From Kofleriaceae bacterium (GTDB taxonomy: Bacteria; Myxococcota_A; Polyangia; Haliangiales; Haliangiaceae), in assembly GCA_965215005.1 (NCBI GenBank), contig CBDCCZ010000010.1:96001-160000 (forward strand): a stretch of 64,000 nucleotides of DNA, written 5' to 3'. The position numbers and the translations under genes are program-made. This document shows positions 42,124-53,063 of the stretch, piece by piece. Each line of letters begins with the position of its first letter. Position 1 is the first letter of the stretch. Under the pieces are notes generated by a model. It made no database searches and was not told the origin of the DNA. It worked only from the letters and a program-made list of their open reading frames with translations.

Positions 42124-43623
42124 CTACGGCGCCGCCGTGAGAACCTCGAGGCTCCAGCCGTTGAGGGTGCCGGCGTCCTGCGCGGCGCGGTCATCGACCT
42201 TGAGGCGCCATTCGCCGGTCATGTCGGTGCCATCGAAGTCAGCAATCTCGAAGGTGGCGGCAAGGTCATCTTGGCCGCCGCCGGTGCGCTCATGGAGCAC
42301 CACCGCGCGCTCACCGCGATAGAGCGTAACGGTGAGGTCGCCCCGATACGCATGGGTGATGTTCACGGTGACGCGGAGGTCTTCAATCGAGGCCATCTCG
42401 GCCACGGTGATGGTGCTGGCGACGCCTACCGGATCGTTGTCGGGAATCGCCAAGCTCTCGCTGGATGAGAAGGTGAGCGTCTGGACGTCGGTTCGGCACA
42501 CCGCCGCGTCGCTGCAGTCGGTGTCGTCGCAGTCGATTTGCTGATCGCGATCGTTGTCGGTGCCGTCGTCGCAGATTTCCGCGGCGAGCTCAACAGTCGG
42601 AAGATCGCTCACGTACACGCTGCCATACTCTTCGACGTAGCGCATGGACAGGTAGCCGTAGCCATCGCCATAGGGGTTATCGCGCCCGAAGCTGCCAGTG
42701 CCCCAGCTGTTCTTGAAGATGTAGAAGCCCTTCTCGGTGACCGTGTTGCCAGACGCATCGACAACTGGGTTGCCCTCCGCATCCATGACTGGCACTTCTT
42801 TCTCGTCGTCCCAGCCAACGATGAGGATCGAGTGACCTGCGCGCTTCTCGAGCGAGATTCGCTTGTCGTCATCGTTGGGATAGAGAACGATGCCTTCGCT
42901 CCAATAGTCGCTGTTGACCGGCAACGTTGAAGACCGATGGTTCCACGACTGATAGAAGAACGTGAGACCAACGATGGCCGCGGTTTGGCTGCCAGTGATA
43001 TGGGCTTTGATCGATCCGGTGCTCAGCCATCGACCGCGCGGCAGTGTGTACTTCTGCGCATCGAGCGCGCTCTGCGGCGGCTCGCCATTGGTATAGCAAC
43101 GAGTGGGCAGATCTTCGTCACCTTCGCACGCCGGATCATTGCTGCCATCCCACTGCTGGCTCTCGTAGGGCCAGGCGGCTTCTTCGGGAATGCCGTAGCC
43201 CGAGATAGCGCGCAGGTTGGCGTTGGCGTTGGACCCCGCGGTGTTGGGGAATGCGCCGACTTCGACTTTTGCAGACCACTGCAGATACTGCTCAGAGAAG
43301 TCCGGCGCGGCGATGGTGCCCTCTTTCAAATAAAGATGCTCCATCAACGCGGCAGTCGAGAAGATCGAGCAGACTCCGCGGCTCCCCTGGCTCTTCACCG
43401 GCGACTGCAATGCCACGAGATCGGCGTTGAGCGGCGGATACACAGCATCCGCCTTGTTCTCATCCGGTAGCGTCGCGTTATCCGGAGCATCGGCGAATAG
43501 GGTGTCGTAGTCGGAGACCGGAAAGTCGCCGTCGTACGGGGAAGCGGAGCCCTCGCCGCTGGCGGTACAACCTGCCGCGAGCGATAGCGAGGTAAGAAAG
43601 GCAAAGAGAGCGCTGCGTTGCAT
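42124..43623 (-). CDS. Papain-family (C1) cysteine peptidase lipoprotein with proprotein-convertase P domain
   Basis: AAG|C; QGSRGVC, GHSILIVGW, FKNSWG; EICDDGTDND repeat; IPDN...HAYRGDL...GEWRLKVDD. Confidence 0.88.
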   Translation of the reverse strand: MQRSALFAFLTSLSLAAGCTASGEGSASPYDGDFPVSDYDTLFADAPDNATLPDENKADAVYPPLNADLVALQSPVKSQGSRGVCSIFSTAALMEHLYLKEGTIAAPDFSEQYLQWSAKVEVGAFPNTAGSNANANLRAISGYGIPEEAAWPYESQQWDGSNDPACEGDEDLPTRCYTNGEPPQSALDAQKYTLPRGRWLSTGSIKAHITGSQTAAIVGLTFFYQSWNHRSSTLPVNSDYWSEGIVLYPNDDDKRISLEKRAGHSILIVGWDDEKEVPVMDAEGNPVVDASGNTVTEKGFYIFKNSWGTGSFGRDNPYGDGYGYLSMRYVEEYGSVYVSDLPTVELAAEICDDGTDNDRDQQIDCDDTDCSDAAVCRTDVQTLTFSSSESLAIPDNDPVGVASTITVAEMASIEDLRVTVNITHAYRGDLTVTLYRGERAVVLHERTGGGQDDLAATFEIADFDGTDMTGEWRLKVDDRAAQDAGTLNGWSLEVLTAAP

Positions 43624-43637
43624 GGCCGACGCCGATT

Positions 43638-43654
43638 TGCGGCTTTTGTGCCAA
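43638..43654 (-). promoter_or_regulatory. Possible sigma54 promoter
   Basis: TTGGCACAAAAGCCGCA (GG-N10-GC), 14 nt upstream of ATG 43623, with an AT-richer stretch further upstream. Confidence 0.45.
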
Positions 43655-43782
43655 TGGTCTTTATCGTGTAAGCAGCGAGACTTACTAGATTTCAGCCGCC
43701 GCCCCGTCGCGCTGCCGCGCAACGCCAGCTGCCCTCGCCGGCCGCTCGGGTTGCCACTTCGGACAATCGGCCTGTGAAGATT

Positions 43783-44544
43783 TCACTTGGGCTGCATCCG
43801 CAGCGCGCCATCGAGCCGAATGACCTCGCCGTTGAGATACGAGTTCTCGCAGATGGCCGCGACCAGCGCCGCAAACTGCGCGGGATCGCCGAGCTGCTTG
43901 GGGAACACGACATTGGCGGCCAAAGCCTCGCGCGCTTTGTCGGGCAGCGAGGCGAGCATCGGCGTGTCGAAGATGCCCGGCGCAATCGTGCAGACGCGAA
44001 CGCCAACTGGAGCGAGATCACGAGCCGCCGGCAACGTCATGCCAACGACGCCCGCCTTCGACGATGCATAGGCGATTTGCCCCACCTGGCCCTCAAAGGC
44101 CGCAATCGACGCGGTGTTGACGATCACGCCGCGCTCGCCCTCGGCGGTAGGCTCGGTGGCCGCCATCGCCGCCGCCGCCAGCCGCATGACATTGAAGGTG
44201 CCGATGAGGTTGACGGTCACGACCTTCTGGAAAAAATCCAGCGGGCACGGGTTGCCCTCCCGATCGAGAAGGCGCTTTGGCCAACCGACGCCGGCGCAGC
44301 TCACCGCGACGCGAAGCGGCCCGAGCTCGCGGGCAGCGGCGATCGCTTGCTGGACCTGCTCCTCACTCGACACGTCGGCCTCGGCGAAGACGCCGCCGAG
44401 CTCTGCGGCCAGCGCATTGCCCTTATCGCCGTCGAGGTCGACAATGACCACGCGCGCTCCCGCGCTGGCCAAGTGTCGCGCGGTGGCCCCGCCGAGGCCC
44501 GAGGCGCCGCCGGTTACGAGAGCGACTGCTCCATCCAGTTTCAT
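43783..44544 (-). CDS. SDR, 3-hydroxyacyl-CoA dehydrogenase type II (HSD17B10-like)
   Basis: TGGASGLG, NTASIAAFEGQVGQIAYASSK, LDGALRM. Confidence 0.93.
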   Translation of the reverse strand: MKLDGAVALVTGGASGLGGATARHLASAGARVVIVDLDGDKGNALAAELGGVFAEADVSSEEQVQQAIAAARELGPLRVAVSCAGVGWPKRLLDREGNPCPLDFFQKVVTVNLIGTFNVMRLAAAAMAATEPTAEGERGVIVNTASIAAFEGQVGQIAYASSKAGVVGMTLPAARDLAPVGVRVCTIAPGIFDTPMLASLPDKAREALAANVVFPKQLGDPAQFAALVAAICENSYLNGEVIRLDGALRMQPK

Positions 44545-44607
44545 TGCATCCTCCTAGCGTGAATGGGAAGCGCGAAGGTACCATCCGCGCGCTTTTGCGG
44601 AGGGACC

Positions 44608-45576
44608 ATGAAGACGCTCATTCTCACTCAGGCCGAGATTCGCGAGCTACTCACGATGAAGACGGTGGTCGCCGCCGTGGAGAAGGCGTTTTCGGCGCAT
44701 GGAGAGGGTCGCGCGCGGATGCCCGCGAAGGTGTACCTCTCACTCGAGGAACACCACGGCGATTTTCGCGCGATGCCTGCGTACCTCGATGGCGCCGCGG
44801 GCGTGAAGTGGGTCAACTCGCATCCGCAGAACCCGCAGCGCCATGGACTGCCGGCGGTGATGGGGACGTACGTGCTGAGCGATCCGGCGACCGCCTATCC
44901 GCTCGCCATCATGGATGCCACGCTCATCACCGCGATGCGCACCGGTGCCGCGGGCGCAGTGGCGTCTAAGTATCTTGCCCTGGAGAAGCCGCGCAGCATC
45001 GGTTTCATCGGTTGCGGCGTGCAAGCGCGGGTGTTGCTCGAGGCCCATCGTGTGGTCTACGGCGACCTCGAGCTCAAGATGGCAGACCAAGATCCGGCAG
45101 CGGCCGCGGCGCTGGCTCGCGAAGCCGGCGGCGCTGTGGTGTCTATTGAAGACGCGGCGGCGTGCGAAATCGTCTGCACCTCGACACCATCACGAACGCC
45201 GCTGGTGCGCCGCGATTGGGTCCCCGCCGGCACCCACATCAATGCGATGGGCGCCGATGCACCCGGCAAGCAAGAGCTCGATTCGCAGCTGCTATTGGCC
45301 GCAAGAGTGGTGATTGACGACCCGGGTCAGGCGCTTCACTCCGGCGAGGTCAACGTGCCGTACCACGAGGGCAGCTTTACCGAAGCGCAGGTCTGGGCGA
45401 CCCTTGGCGAGGTCGTCGCAGGCCGGAAAACCGGCCGGCAGGCCGACGAGGTGACCATCTTCGACTCGACTGGCTTGGCCATTCAAGACCTGGCGGTTGC
45501 GCAGGTGGTCTACGAGCTCGCTCTGCAGCGCGGGGTCGGGACCGCGCTCGATCTGATGGGCACAGCGAAAGGTTGA
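44608..45576 (+). CDS. Ornithine cyclodeaminase/mu-crystallin family (archaeal-type alanine dehydrogenase-like)
   Basis: FRAMPAY, GVKWVNSHP, TAMRTGAAG, GADAPGKQE, FDSTGLAIQD. Confidence 0.92.
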   Translation: MKTLILTQAEIRELLTMKTVVAAVEKAFSAHGEGRARMPAKVYLSLEEHHGDFRAMPAYLDGAAGVKWVNSHPQNPQRHGLPAVMGTYVLSDPATAYPLAIMDATLITAMRTGAAGAVASKYLALEKPRSIGFIGCGVQARVLLEAHRVVYGDLELKMADQDPAAAAALAREAGGAVVSIEDAAACEIVCTSTPSRTPLVRRDWVPAGTHINAMGADAPGKQELDSQLLLAARVVIDDPGQALHSGEVNVPYHEGSFTEAQVWATLGEVVAGRKTGRQADEVTIFDSTGLAIQDLAVAQVVYELALQRGVGTALDLMGTAKG

Positions 45577-45693
45577 GCCTCATCTAGATCGTCGATTCGT
45601 CATCGATGCCCGGGCCGATCGGCCCTGCTGGCCACGACAGCCAAGGAAATTTTCAGCTACAAACCCCGTCGCCAAGCTCCAGGCGACTCTGGA

Positions 45694-45723
45694 GGTCGTT
45701 TGAAATCAAGCACTTAAACGACC
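45694..45723. promoter_or_regulatory. IHF-consensus site inside an inverted repeat upstream of the desaturase
   Basis: AATCAAGCACTTA (45704-45716) matches WATCAANNNNTTR; flanked by GGTCGTTT/AAACGACC. Confidence 0.5.
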
Positions 45724-45793
45724 CTTCGCCGCCTGACACGATTATGACTCCGACATGACGCGCGACCGACGGGGGTCGCGGTAAAAGGTTTTC

Positions 45794-46711
45794 GTGAACG
45801 CCATTGCACGAGCGCAACAGCAAAGCTGGCGCACCAAATATTTCAACCTTGGCGCACTGTCCTTCTGGGGCGTGCACATCGCGGCCGTCATCGGTGCCGT
45901 GATGGTGGGCATTTCGTGGTCAGCGGTGCTGCTCACCGCGGCCGTCTACGTCGCGGGGATGTTCTTCGTCACCGGCGTCTATCACCGCTACTTCTCCCAC
46001 CGCACCTATAAAACCTCACGCGCGTTTCAGTTCGTGCTCGGACTCCTCGCGCAGTGCACCACGCAGAAAGGCATCCTGTGGTGGTCGCATCACCACCGGC
46101 ATCATCATCGTGCCTCCGATCAGCCCGACGATTTGCACTCGCCCGCGCACGGCGGCTTCTGGTGGTCTCACCACGGCTGGATCCTCTGCGACAACTTCGA
46201 GTCCACCGACTACTCAAAAATTAAAGACTTCGCGCGCTATCCCGAGCTGGTGTTTCTCAACAAAACCCATCTCCTATACCCGATCGCCTATGGCGTCATC
46301 TCCTACTTGATTGGCGGCTCCTTCGGTTTGGTTTGGGGATTCTTCGTGCCGACGGTGTTTCTGTGGCACGGCACCTTCACGATCAACTCGCTGTCCCACG
46401 TTTGGGGCTCGCGGCGCTACGAGACCACGGACACCTCGCGCAACAACTTCGTCCTGGCCCTCATCACGCTTGGCGAGGGCTGGCACAACAACCACCACCA
46501 CTACCAAGCGTCCTGCAAGCAGGGCTTCCGCTGGTATGAGATCGACATCACCTATTACATCCTCCGCGCTCTCGCTGCCGTCGGGTTGATCTGGGATATC
46601 AAAACTGCTCCCGCCCACGTCATCGAGAATCGCCCCAACGACAAGGCAACGCAGCTTGGCGTCGAGCGGCCGCAAGCCGCGCCCAGCCTTAGCGCCAAAC
46701 GCGCCGCGTAG
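45794..46711 (+). CDS. Delta-9 acyl-CoA/acyl-lipid desaturase
   Basis: His boxes HRYFSH, HRHHH, GEGWHNNHH. Confidence 0.94.
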   Translation: MNAIARAQQQSWRTKYFNLGALSFWGVHIAAVIGAVMVGISWSAVLLTAAVYVAGMFFVTGVYHRYFSHRTYKTSRAFQFVLGLLAQCTTQKGILWWSHHHRHHHRASDQPDDLHSPAHGGFWWSHHGWILCDNFESTDYSKIKDFARYPELVFLNKTHLLYPIAYGVISYLIGGSFGLVWGFFVPTVFLWHGTFTINSLSHVWGSRRYETTDTSRNNFVLALITLGEGWHNNHHHYQASCKQGFRWYEIDITYYILRALAAVGLIWDIKTAPAHVIENRPNDKATQLGVERPQAAPSLSAKRAA

Positions 46712-46848
46712 CGCCTGATGCCCCTGGCGGCAACCCCGCCGCTCCGCATTTCCTCCGGATTACGGAAATCCAGCCTCGCTACCACAAGGCAGCCGTCAAG
46801 TTTCGCGCCCCTGCCACCGCGTTCCTGCGCCGCGCCCAGCTCACGCTG

Positions 46849-47721
46849 ATGCTCGCCACGCTGGTGCCGACGATCCTCATGACCGCTCTGGGCATCGTGC
46901 TCCTGGCCATTGGCGCCGGCACCATTCCCCTCATTTTCGGAATCCTGGTGATCGTCTTCTGCACGACCGCCATCACCGGTTATATCCTCGGCTCGATCTT
47001 CGTGAGCCGCGGTGCGTCCATGGCGCGGGTTCAGAACGACTTTTTGTCGGCGGTGTCACACGAGCTGCGGACGCCGCTCACCTCGATCGGCTTGTTCCTC
47101 GAGACCCTGCGCGATGAGCGCCTCACCGATCCAGCAGAAAAAGACAAGTGCTTCTCGCTGCTCAATCAAGAGGTTGCGCGGCTAAGTGGGCTGGTGGAGC
47201 GGCTGCTTGAGCTGTCGCGCATCGAGACCGGCAAGCAGATTTACGCGCGCGCTCCCGTGAAGGTTGCCGACCTCGTCAGCGACGCCATCACCGCGTTCGA
47301 TGCGGCGACCATGGCCGAGCCGGTGAGCGTAGCCTGCGAGCTCGCCGACCCCGAGCTCGCCGTGATCGGCGACCGCGCTTCACTGGCCCAGGCGCTGCTC
47401 AACTTGCTCACCAACGCCTGGAAATACACCCCTGTCGCCGACAAGCAGATCCGCATCGTCGCGGCAACGGCACAGAAGCGCAATCGCGTCGAGATTTCGG
47501 TTCTCGACAACGGCCCCGGCGTGCCGCGCGGGGAGCAGAAGCAAATTTTTGAAAAGTTCGAGCGCGGTCGCTCGGCGATCGACAGTCGCACGGAGGGTAT
47601 AGGCTTGGGCCTGGCCACGGTGGTGGCCATCGTGCGAGCCAATCGCGGTACGATCGAGCTGCGCTCGCGTGGCGGACAAGGCAGTGAGTTTCGCCTGCTA
47701 CTGCGGAAGGCACCTCCATGA
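46849..47721 (+). CDS. Membrane sensor histidine kinase; true start may be upstream
   Basis: Two TM helices, SHELRTPL, NAWKY, DNGPG, GIGLGL. Confidence 0.9.
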   Translation: MLATLVPTILMTALGIVLLAIGAGTIPLIFGILVIVFCTTAITGYILGSIFVSRGASMARVQNDFLSAVSHELRTPLTSIGLFLETLRDERLTDPAEKDKCFSLLNQEVARLSGLVERLLELSRIETGKQIYARAPVKVADLVSDAITAFDAATMAEPVSVACELADPELAVIGDRASLAQALLNLLTNAWKYTPVADKQIRIVAATAQKRNRVEISVLDNGPGVPRGEQKQIFEKFERGRSAIDSRTEGIGLGLATVVAIVRANRGTIELRSRGGQGSEFRLLLRKAPP

Positions 47722-48413
47722 GCATCCGGCCCACGATCCTCATCGTCGAAGACGACGAAGCCATCGCCACGGCTCTCGCTCTGAACCTGCGCATTGCCCA
47801 CTACGAAGCGGAAGTCGTTCACGACGGTGAGGCGGTGCTCACCCGCGTAGAAGAGCGCAGCCCCGACCTGATCTTGCTCGACATCAACCTTCCCAAGCGC
47901 GACGGCTTATCGGTGCTGGCCGAGCTACGCAAACGCGGCGAGTTGGTCCCCGTGGTGGTGCTTTCGGCGCGCGAGGGCGAGTATGACAAGGTCGCCGCGC
48001 TGCGAATGGGTGCCGATGACTACGTCACCAAACCTTTTGCGCTGGCCGAGCTGCTCGCTCGCATTGATGCGGTTCTGCGCCGCTACCAAGTCTCCTCCGC
48101 CAACTCGTCCCCCACAGAACCGGTTCGCTTCGGCGACGTGGAGGTCGACCTCGAGACTCGTACCGTGACTCATAAAGGCTCGGACGTGCGGCTCACCCAC
48201 CTGGAGTTCGAGCTACTGAGCTATCTCGTTCGCCACCCGTCGCGGGTTTTTGCGCGTCACGAGCTGTTGCGCAATGTCTGGGGGCAAGGAAGCGGCTCGC
48301 AGCGCACCGTCGACAACTTCGTCGGGCAGCTGCGCGGCAAGCTCGAGACTGACGCTGAGCATCCGCAGCACTTCATCACCATTCGCGGCGCTGGCTATCG
48401 CTTCGACCCCTGA
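47718..48413 (+). CDS. OmpR-family response regulator
   Basis: IVEDD, LDINLP, GADDYVTKPF, RTVDNF, RGAGYRF. ATGA overlap with the kinase. Confidence 0.95.
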   Translation: MSIRPTILIVEDDEAIATALALNLRIAHYEAEVVHDGEAVLTRVEERSPDLILLDINLPKRDGLSVLAELRKRGELVPVVVLSAREGEYDKVAALRMGADDYVTKPFALAELLARIDAVLRRYQVSSANSSPTEPVRFGDVEVDLETRTVTHKGSDVRLTHLEFELLSYLVRHPSRVFARHELLRNVWGQGSGSQRTVDNFVGQLRGKLETDAEHPQHFITIRGAGYRFDP

Positions 48414-48483
48414 AGCGGTGCAGCGAGCGCCCGCCGCGCCGATTTCTGGCCCTCGCGCGCAAGGCACGTACTCTCGGGGCGAG

Positions 48484-49488
48484 ATGTCTCGCTTCACCCT
48501 CCTCGCCTGCATCGTTCTCATCACCTCCTCGCGCACGGCGCACGCCAGCACGCACGTGGTGCAGCCGGGACAGTCGCTGTGGTCCATCGCCGAGCGCTAC
48601 GGATGCACCGTGACGAGCCTCCGCCAGCGAAACCAGCTGAGTGGCGACTTGATCACGCCCGGCCAACGGCTCTCCGTCGACTGCGCCAGCCAAGCTCAAT
48701 CCGCCGCCGAGGTGGTGCGCTACGCGGTGCAGCCAGGCGACACGTTGACCTCAATCGCCGCTCGCTTCGCCACCACGATCGATGAGCTGATTCGCCGCAA
48801 CGAGCTCCACGGCGACGTTATCTACGCGGGGCAGTCGCTGGCAGTGCAGCCCGGCTCGAGCGAGTTAGGCCGCCCGGTGATCGGGCAAAGCGTCGGGCGC
48901 TGCAACGGCGGCCGGCTCGTTGGCGGCATGCAGCTTGGACCTGGCGCCGGCTACGTCGTTCGCCGCGCCGACCTCGCCTGGGGCGCGCAACACACGGTGC
49001 AGCGGGTGCGACGTGCCATTGCGTACGTTCGGCGGCAGTTTCCGCGGGTGCATGCGCTGGCCGTTGGCGATATCTCGGCCGAGCGCGGCGGTCGCTTGCC
49101 CGATCATCGCTCCCACCAAAGCGGTCGCGACGTCGATATCGGTCTCTATTTTCATCGCCTGCCGCGCGGTTATCCCGAAGAGTTCGCCCCGGCCGACGCT
49201 AGGACGCTCAATTTCGCCGCCACCTGGGCGCTCATCGAAGCGCTGGCCGCGACCGCAAGCGAAGACGGCGGCGTGCAGGTCATCTTTCTCAACTACGGCG
49301 TGCAGCAGATGCTCTACGCATGGGCACGCAAGCAACCCGACATCTCGCGAGCAACTCTCGAGGCGATCCTGCAATATCCGCGCGGCCAGGGCGCCGCCGC
49401 GGGCATCGTTCGCCATACCCGCGGCCATTACGCCCATCTGCACGTGCGCTTTCGCTGTCCCACGGCCGATCCCGCGTGCGTGCCCTGA
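48484..49488 (+). CDS. 2x LysM + penicillin-insensitive murein endopeptidase (MepA-like)
   Basis: HVVQPGQSLWSIA and YAVQPGDTLTSIA; GDIS...HRSHQSGRDVD; HLHVR. Confidence 0.88.
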   Translation: MSRFTLLACIVLITSSRTAHASTHVVQPGQSLWSIAERYGCTVTSLRQRNQLSGDLITPGQRLSVDCASQAQSAAEVVRYAVQPGDTLTSIAARFATTIDELIRRNELHGDVIYAGQSLAVQPGSSELGRPVIGQSVGRCNGGRLVGGMQLGPGAGYVVRRADLAWGAQHTVQRVRRAIAYVRRQFPRVHALAVGDISAERGGRLPDHRSHQSGRDVDIGLYFHRLPRGYPEEFAPADARTLNFAATWALIEALAATASEDGGVQVIFLNYGVQQMLYAWARKQPDISRATLEAILQYPRGQGAAAGIVRHTRGHYAHLHVRFRCPTADPACVP

Positions 49489-49501
49489 ATCGCCGGATGC
49501 G

Positions 49502-51043
49502 TTACCAGAGCTTGCGCAATACCTCGCCCGCTCGGTCGACGACGCCACCGCCATAGAGCTGCGTGATCATGCCGCGCACCCGCTCGTACGTGCCTTTGGG
49601 CAGGTTGAAGCTCAGGAGGTTGAGGGGCAGTGAGAATCGCTGCTCTGCGGTGGCCTTGGTGCGAGTGAATTCGCGCAGGCCCTCATCGCCGTGGATTCGG
49701 CCAAAGCCGGATTCGCCGACCCCGCCGAAGGGCAAGTTGGGAATGGCGGCGAACGAGAGCACCGAGTTGATGGCCGTCATGCCGGCGCGGATGCGGTCCG
49801 CAAGCTCTTGGATGCCCGCCTTGCCGAACACCGCCGACCCTAGGCCGAAGTTGCTGGCGTTGGCCAAGCGCAGCGCCTCCTCGGTGCTGCCAACCTTCAC
49901 CAACGGCAGCACTGGTCCGAACGTCTCTTCGCGGAGGATCTTCATATCCGGCGTCAGATCCGCGAGCACCATGGGCGCGATGAAGTTGCCGTGAATGCCT
50001 TCGAGCTCGCCAAGCAGCAGCCGCGCGCCTTTGTCGAGCGCGTCGCGCACGTGGTCGCGCACGATTTCTACCTGCTGTGGGCTCGTCATCGCACCGATAT
50101 GATCGTCCTCGCTCGCGCCGGTTCGCAGCTTGCGCGCCTCTTCGAGCACCTTGGCAACGAAGTGATCGTAAATCGGCGCGACCACGTAAGCGCGCTCGAT
50201 CGAGACGCAAGCTTGGCCTGCGTTGGACAATGCGCCAAACACCGCCGCCTCGGCCGCCTTATCGAGATCGGCGTCTTCGGCGACGATCAGCGGGTCTTTG
50301 CCGCCGAGCTCCATCAACACCGGCGTTAGACGCTCGGCTGCCGCGGCCATGACTTTCTTACCCGTCGCCGCCGATCCCGTGAACGCGATCTTATCCACTT
50401 CGCCGCCAGCCAGCGCCGCACCGGTTGCGCCCCCGCCGATGACTATCTGCAAGACGTTGGGGATGGCGATGCTTTCTGCGGCGATTTCGCCGAGCAAGCG
50501 GCCGACCAGCGGGGTGAGCTCCGAGGGCTTGAACACCACCGCATTGCCGGCGGCCAGTGCATACGCGATGGAGCCCATGGGCGTGAATATCGGGTAGTTC
50601 CACGGGCCGATGACGCCAACCACGCCCACCGGGTGGTAGCTGATGCGAGCCCGAAAATTGGCCATGATGCCGGCAGACACCGTCTGGGGGGCCAACGCTT
50701 TCTCGGCGCGCGCCGCTGCGTGCGCCAAATGGCTCACCGCCATCATCACCTCGATCATCGCGTCGAGCCGCGGCTTGCCATTCTCCCGATGCACCAGATC
50801 CGCGATGTCGTCGGCGCGCGCTGCCAGAGCCCGGCGATACCGCGCTAGCTCCGCGCGCCGCTCGTGATAGCCAATGGCGCTCCATTCTTCGAACGCAGCG
50901 CGCGCCCGAACGATGGCTGATGCGACTGCCCCAGGGCCGTCGATGGGAAGCGCGCCGATGACTTCATCGGTCGCGGGATTTTTGCTCTCGAGGAGCTCGT
51001 TACGCGCTGCGGCTTGCTCGGTGGCGACCATCTCACCCTCCAT
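49502..51043 (-). CDS. Aldehyde dehydrogenase
   Basis: PWNYP, FTGS, ELGGK, GQAC, EETFGP. Confidence 0.95.
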   Translation of the reverse strand: MEGEMVATEQAAARNELLESKNPATDEVIGALPIDGPGAVASAIVRARAAFEEWSAIGYHERRAELARYRRALAARADDIADLVHRENGKPRLDAMIEVMMAVSHLAHAAARAEKALAPQTVSAGIMANFRARISYHPVGVVGVIGPWNYPIFTPMGSIAYALAAGNAVVFKPSELTPLVGRLLGEIAAESIAIPNVLQIVIGGGATGAALAGGEVDKIAFTGSAATGKKVMAAAAERLTPVLMELGGKDPLIVAEDADLDKAAEAAVFGALSNAGQACVSIERAYVVAPIYDHFVAKVLEEARKLRTGASEDDHIGAMTSPQQVEIVRDHVRDALDKGARLLLGELEGIHGNFIAPMVLADLTPDMKILREETFGPVLPLVKVGSTEEALRLANASNFGLGSAVFGKAGIQELADRIRAGMTAINSVLSFAAIPNLPFGGVGESGFGRIHGDEGLREFTRTKATAEQRFSLPLNLLSFNLPKGTYERVRGMITQLYGGGVVDRAGEVLRKLW

Positions 51044-51157
51044 GTGCGGTGTGCGAGCTGGAGCCTAGCACCGGCAGCCCTGCTGACCTGCGCGCTCGAG
51101 CCGCCGTCGCGCTGACGTTGCGACCGCCGGGGGGAAATCCGCCATGCGTCGTCGCGC

Positions 51158-51430
51158 TTAGGCAAGCTCGACCGCGGCACCGTCGTGGCAATTTGCCGAC
51201 ACGCCGCCTGCCCCTTCGGTAGACGCACGCCGCCACGCATTCTGCAGCGCCTGCTGGCACGCGCGATCCTGCTCTTCGGGGGTGAGCGCAGAGGCATCGA
51301 GAACCGCTTGCAGCTGCTCGCGCAGGCGCGCCTCGGTGCGCGCGAGCTGCTGAGCCTGCAGCGTTAGGAGCACCCGGGCATACACGAGATGATCGATGAA
51401 TCGCTGGGGATCACGAGCGGATGACTTCAC
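51158..51430 (-). CDS. Small hypothetical helical protein
   Basis: Protein-like composition from GTG 51430; fills the gap between co-oriented genes. Confidence 0.35.
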   Translation of the reverse strand: MKSSARDPQRFIDHLVYARVLLTLQAQQLARTEARLREQLQAVLDASALTPEEQDRACQQALQNAWRRASTEGAGGVSANCHDGAAVELA

Positions 51431-51540
51431 GCTCCCGTATTCTGCAGGCGCGGTGCCAGCGGCGGAGCTCTGCAAGTGCACGGAATGGCCACGGTGACCG
51501 CGCCGATGAGCGGTGCGGCGTCGGCGATATTGACGTCGTC

Positions 51541-52041
51541 TCAGCTCTGCGCCGCGCGAGCTCCCCAGCGACTCGTCCACCAGCCGGCAAACACTCCGAG
51601 GCCTGCACCGGCGAAATAGGCGATCACGCTAGGCCCGAGGGTCACTCCGCTGTAGCCAGGAAACAACGAAATGAAGACGCCGCCCATCACCGCAGCGGTG
51701 ACCGAAGAAACGACTAGCAGCCGCCCAGCGAGCCGCCCTCGCAGGTTTGCCGCGAGCACCAGCAGCACCACCACGGCAGCGACTACGACGATGAGCGAGG
51801 CGACCGAAGCCGAGAGCGCAGCGCGATAGAAGTTTCCGGCGCCGCGAAATCCATCGGCGAGCGAGACCACGAAGCAATCGCGCGTTGCGGTGCGGCAATA
51901 TTCGGCGCTGCCGAGGCCGATGGCGGCATCGATCTCGGAGTTGCCGCCGGTCCACCACCAGCGGGTCTGCGCACCGGCGACGATCAGGCCGCCAGCCAGC
52001 AGCGCGAGCGCCGCACCGACCATCCGCTCGTGCTTGTTCAT
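51541..52041 (-). CDS. Hypothetical 4-TM membrane protein
   Basis: Four hydrophobic segments; W...GL...C...C loop. Confidence 0.6.
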   Translation of the reverse strand: MNKHERMVGAALALLAGGLIVAGAQTRWWWTGGNSEIDAAIGLGSAEYCRTATRDCFVVSLADGFRGAGNFYRAALSASVASLIVVVAAVVVLLVLAANLRGRLAGRLLVVSSVTAAVMGGVFISLFPGYSGVTLGPSVIAYFAGAGLGVFAGWWTSRWGARAAQS

Positions 52042-52107
52042 GGTGGCGCGCATAGAAGCAGAGGTGCACGAAGCGCGCAACCCGTGAGCCCCTGGCTCTC
52101 CTTTGGA

Positions 52108-53004
<897 letters not shown>

Positions 53005-53063
53005 GACGGCGGTATGTACCACGCTGGCTTGCGTGGCCGCGCACCGACGCATAACGTTTCGCC

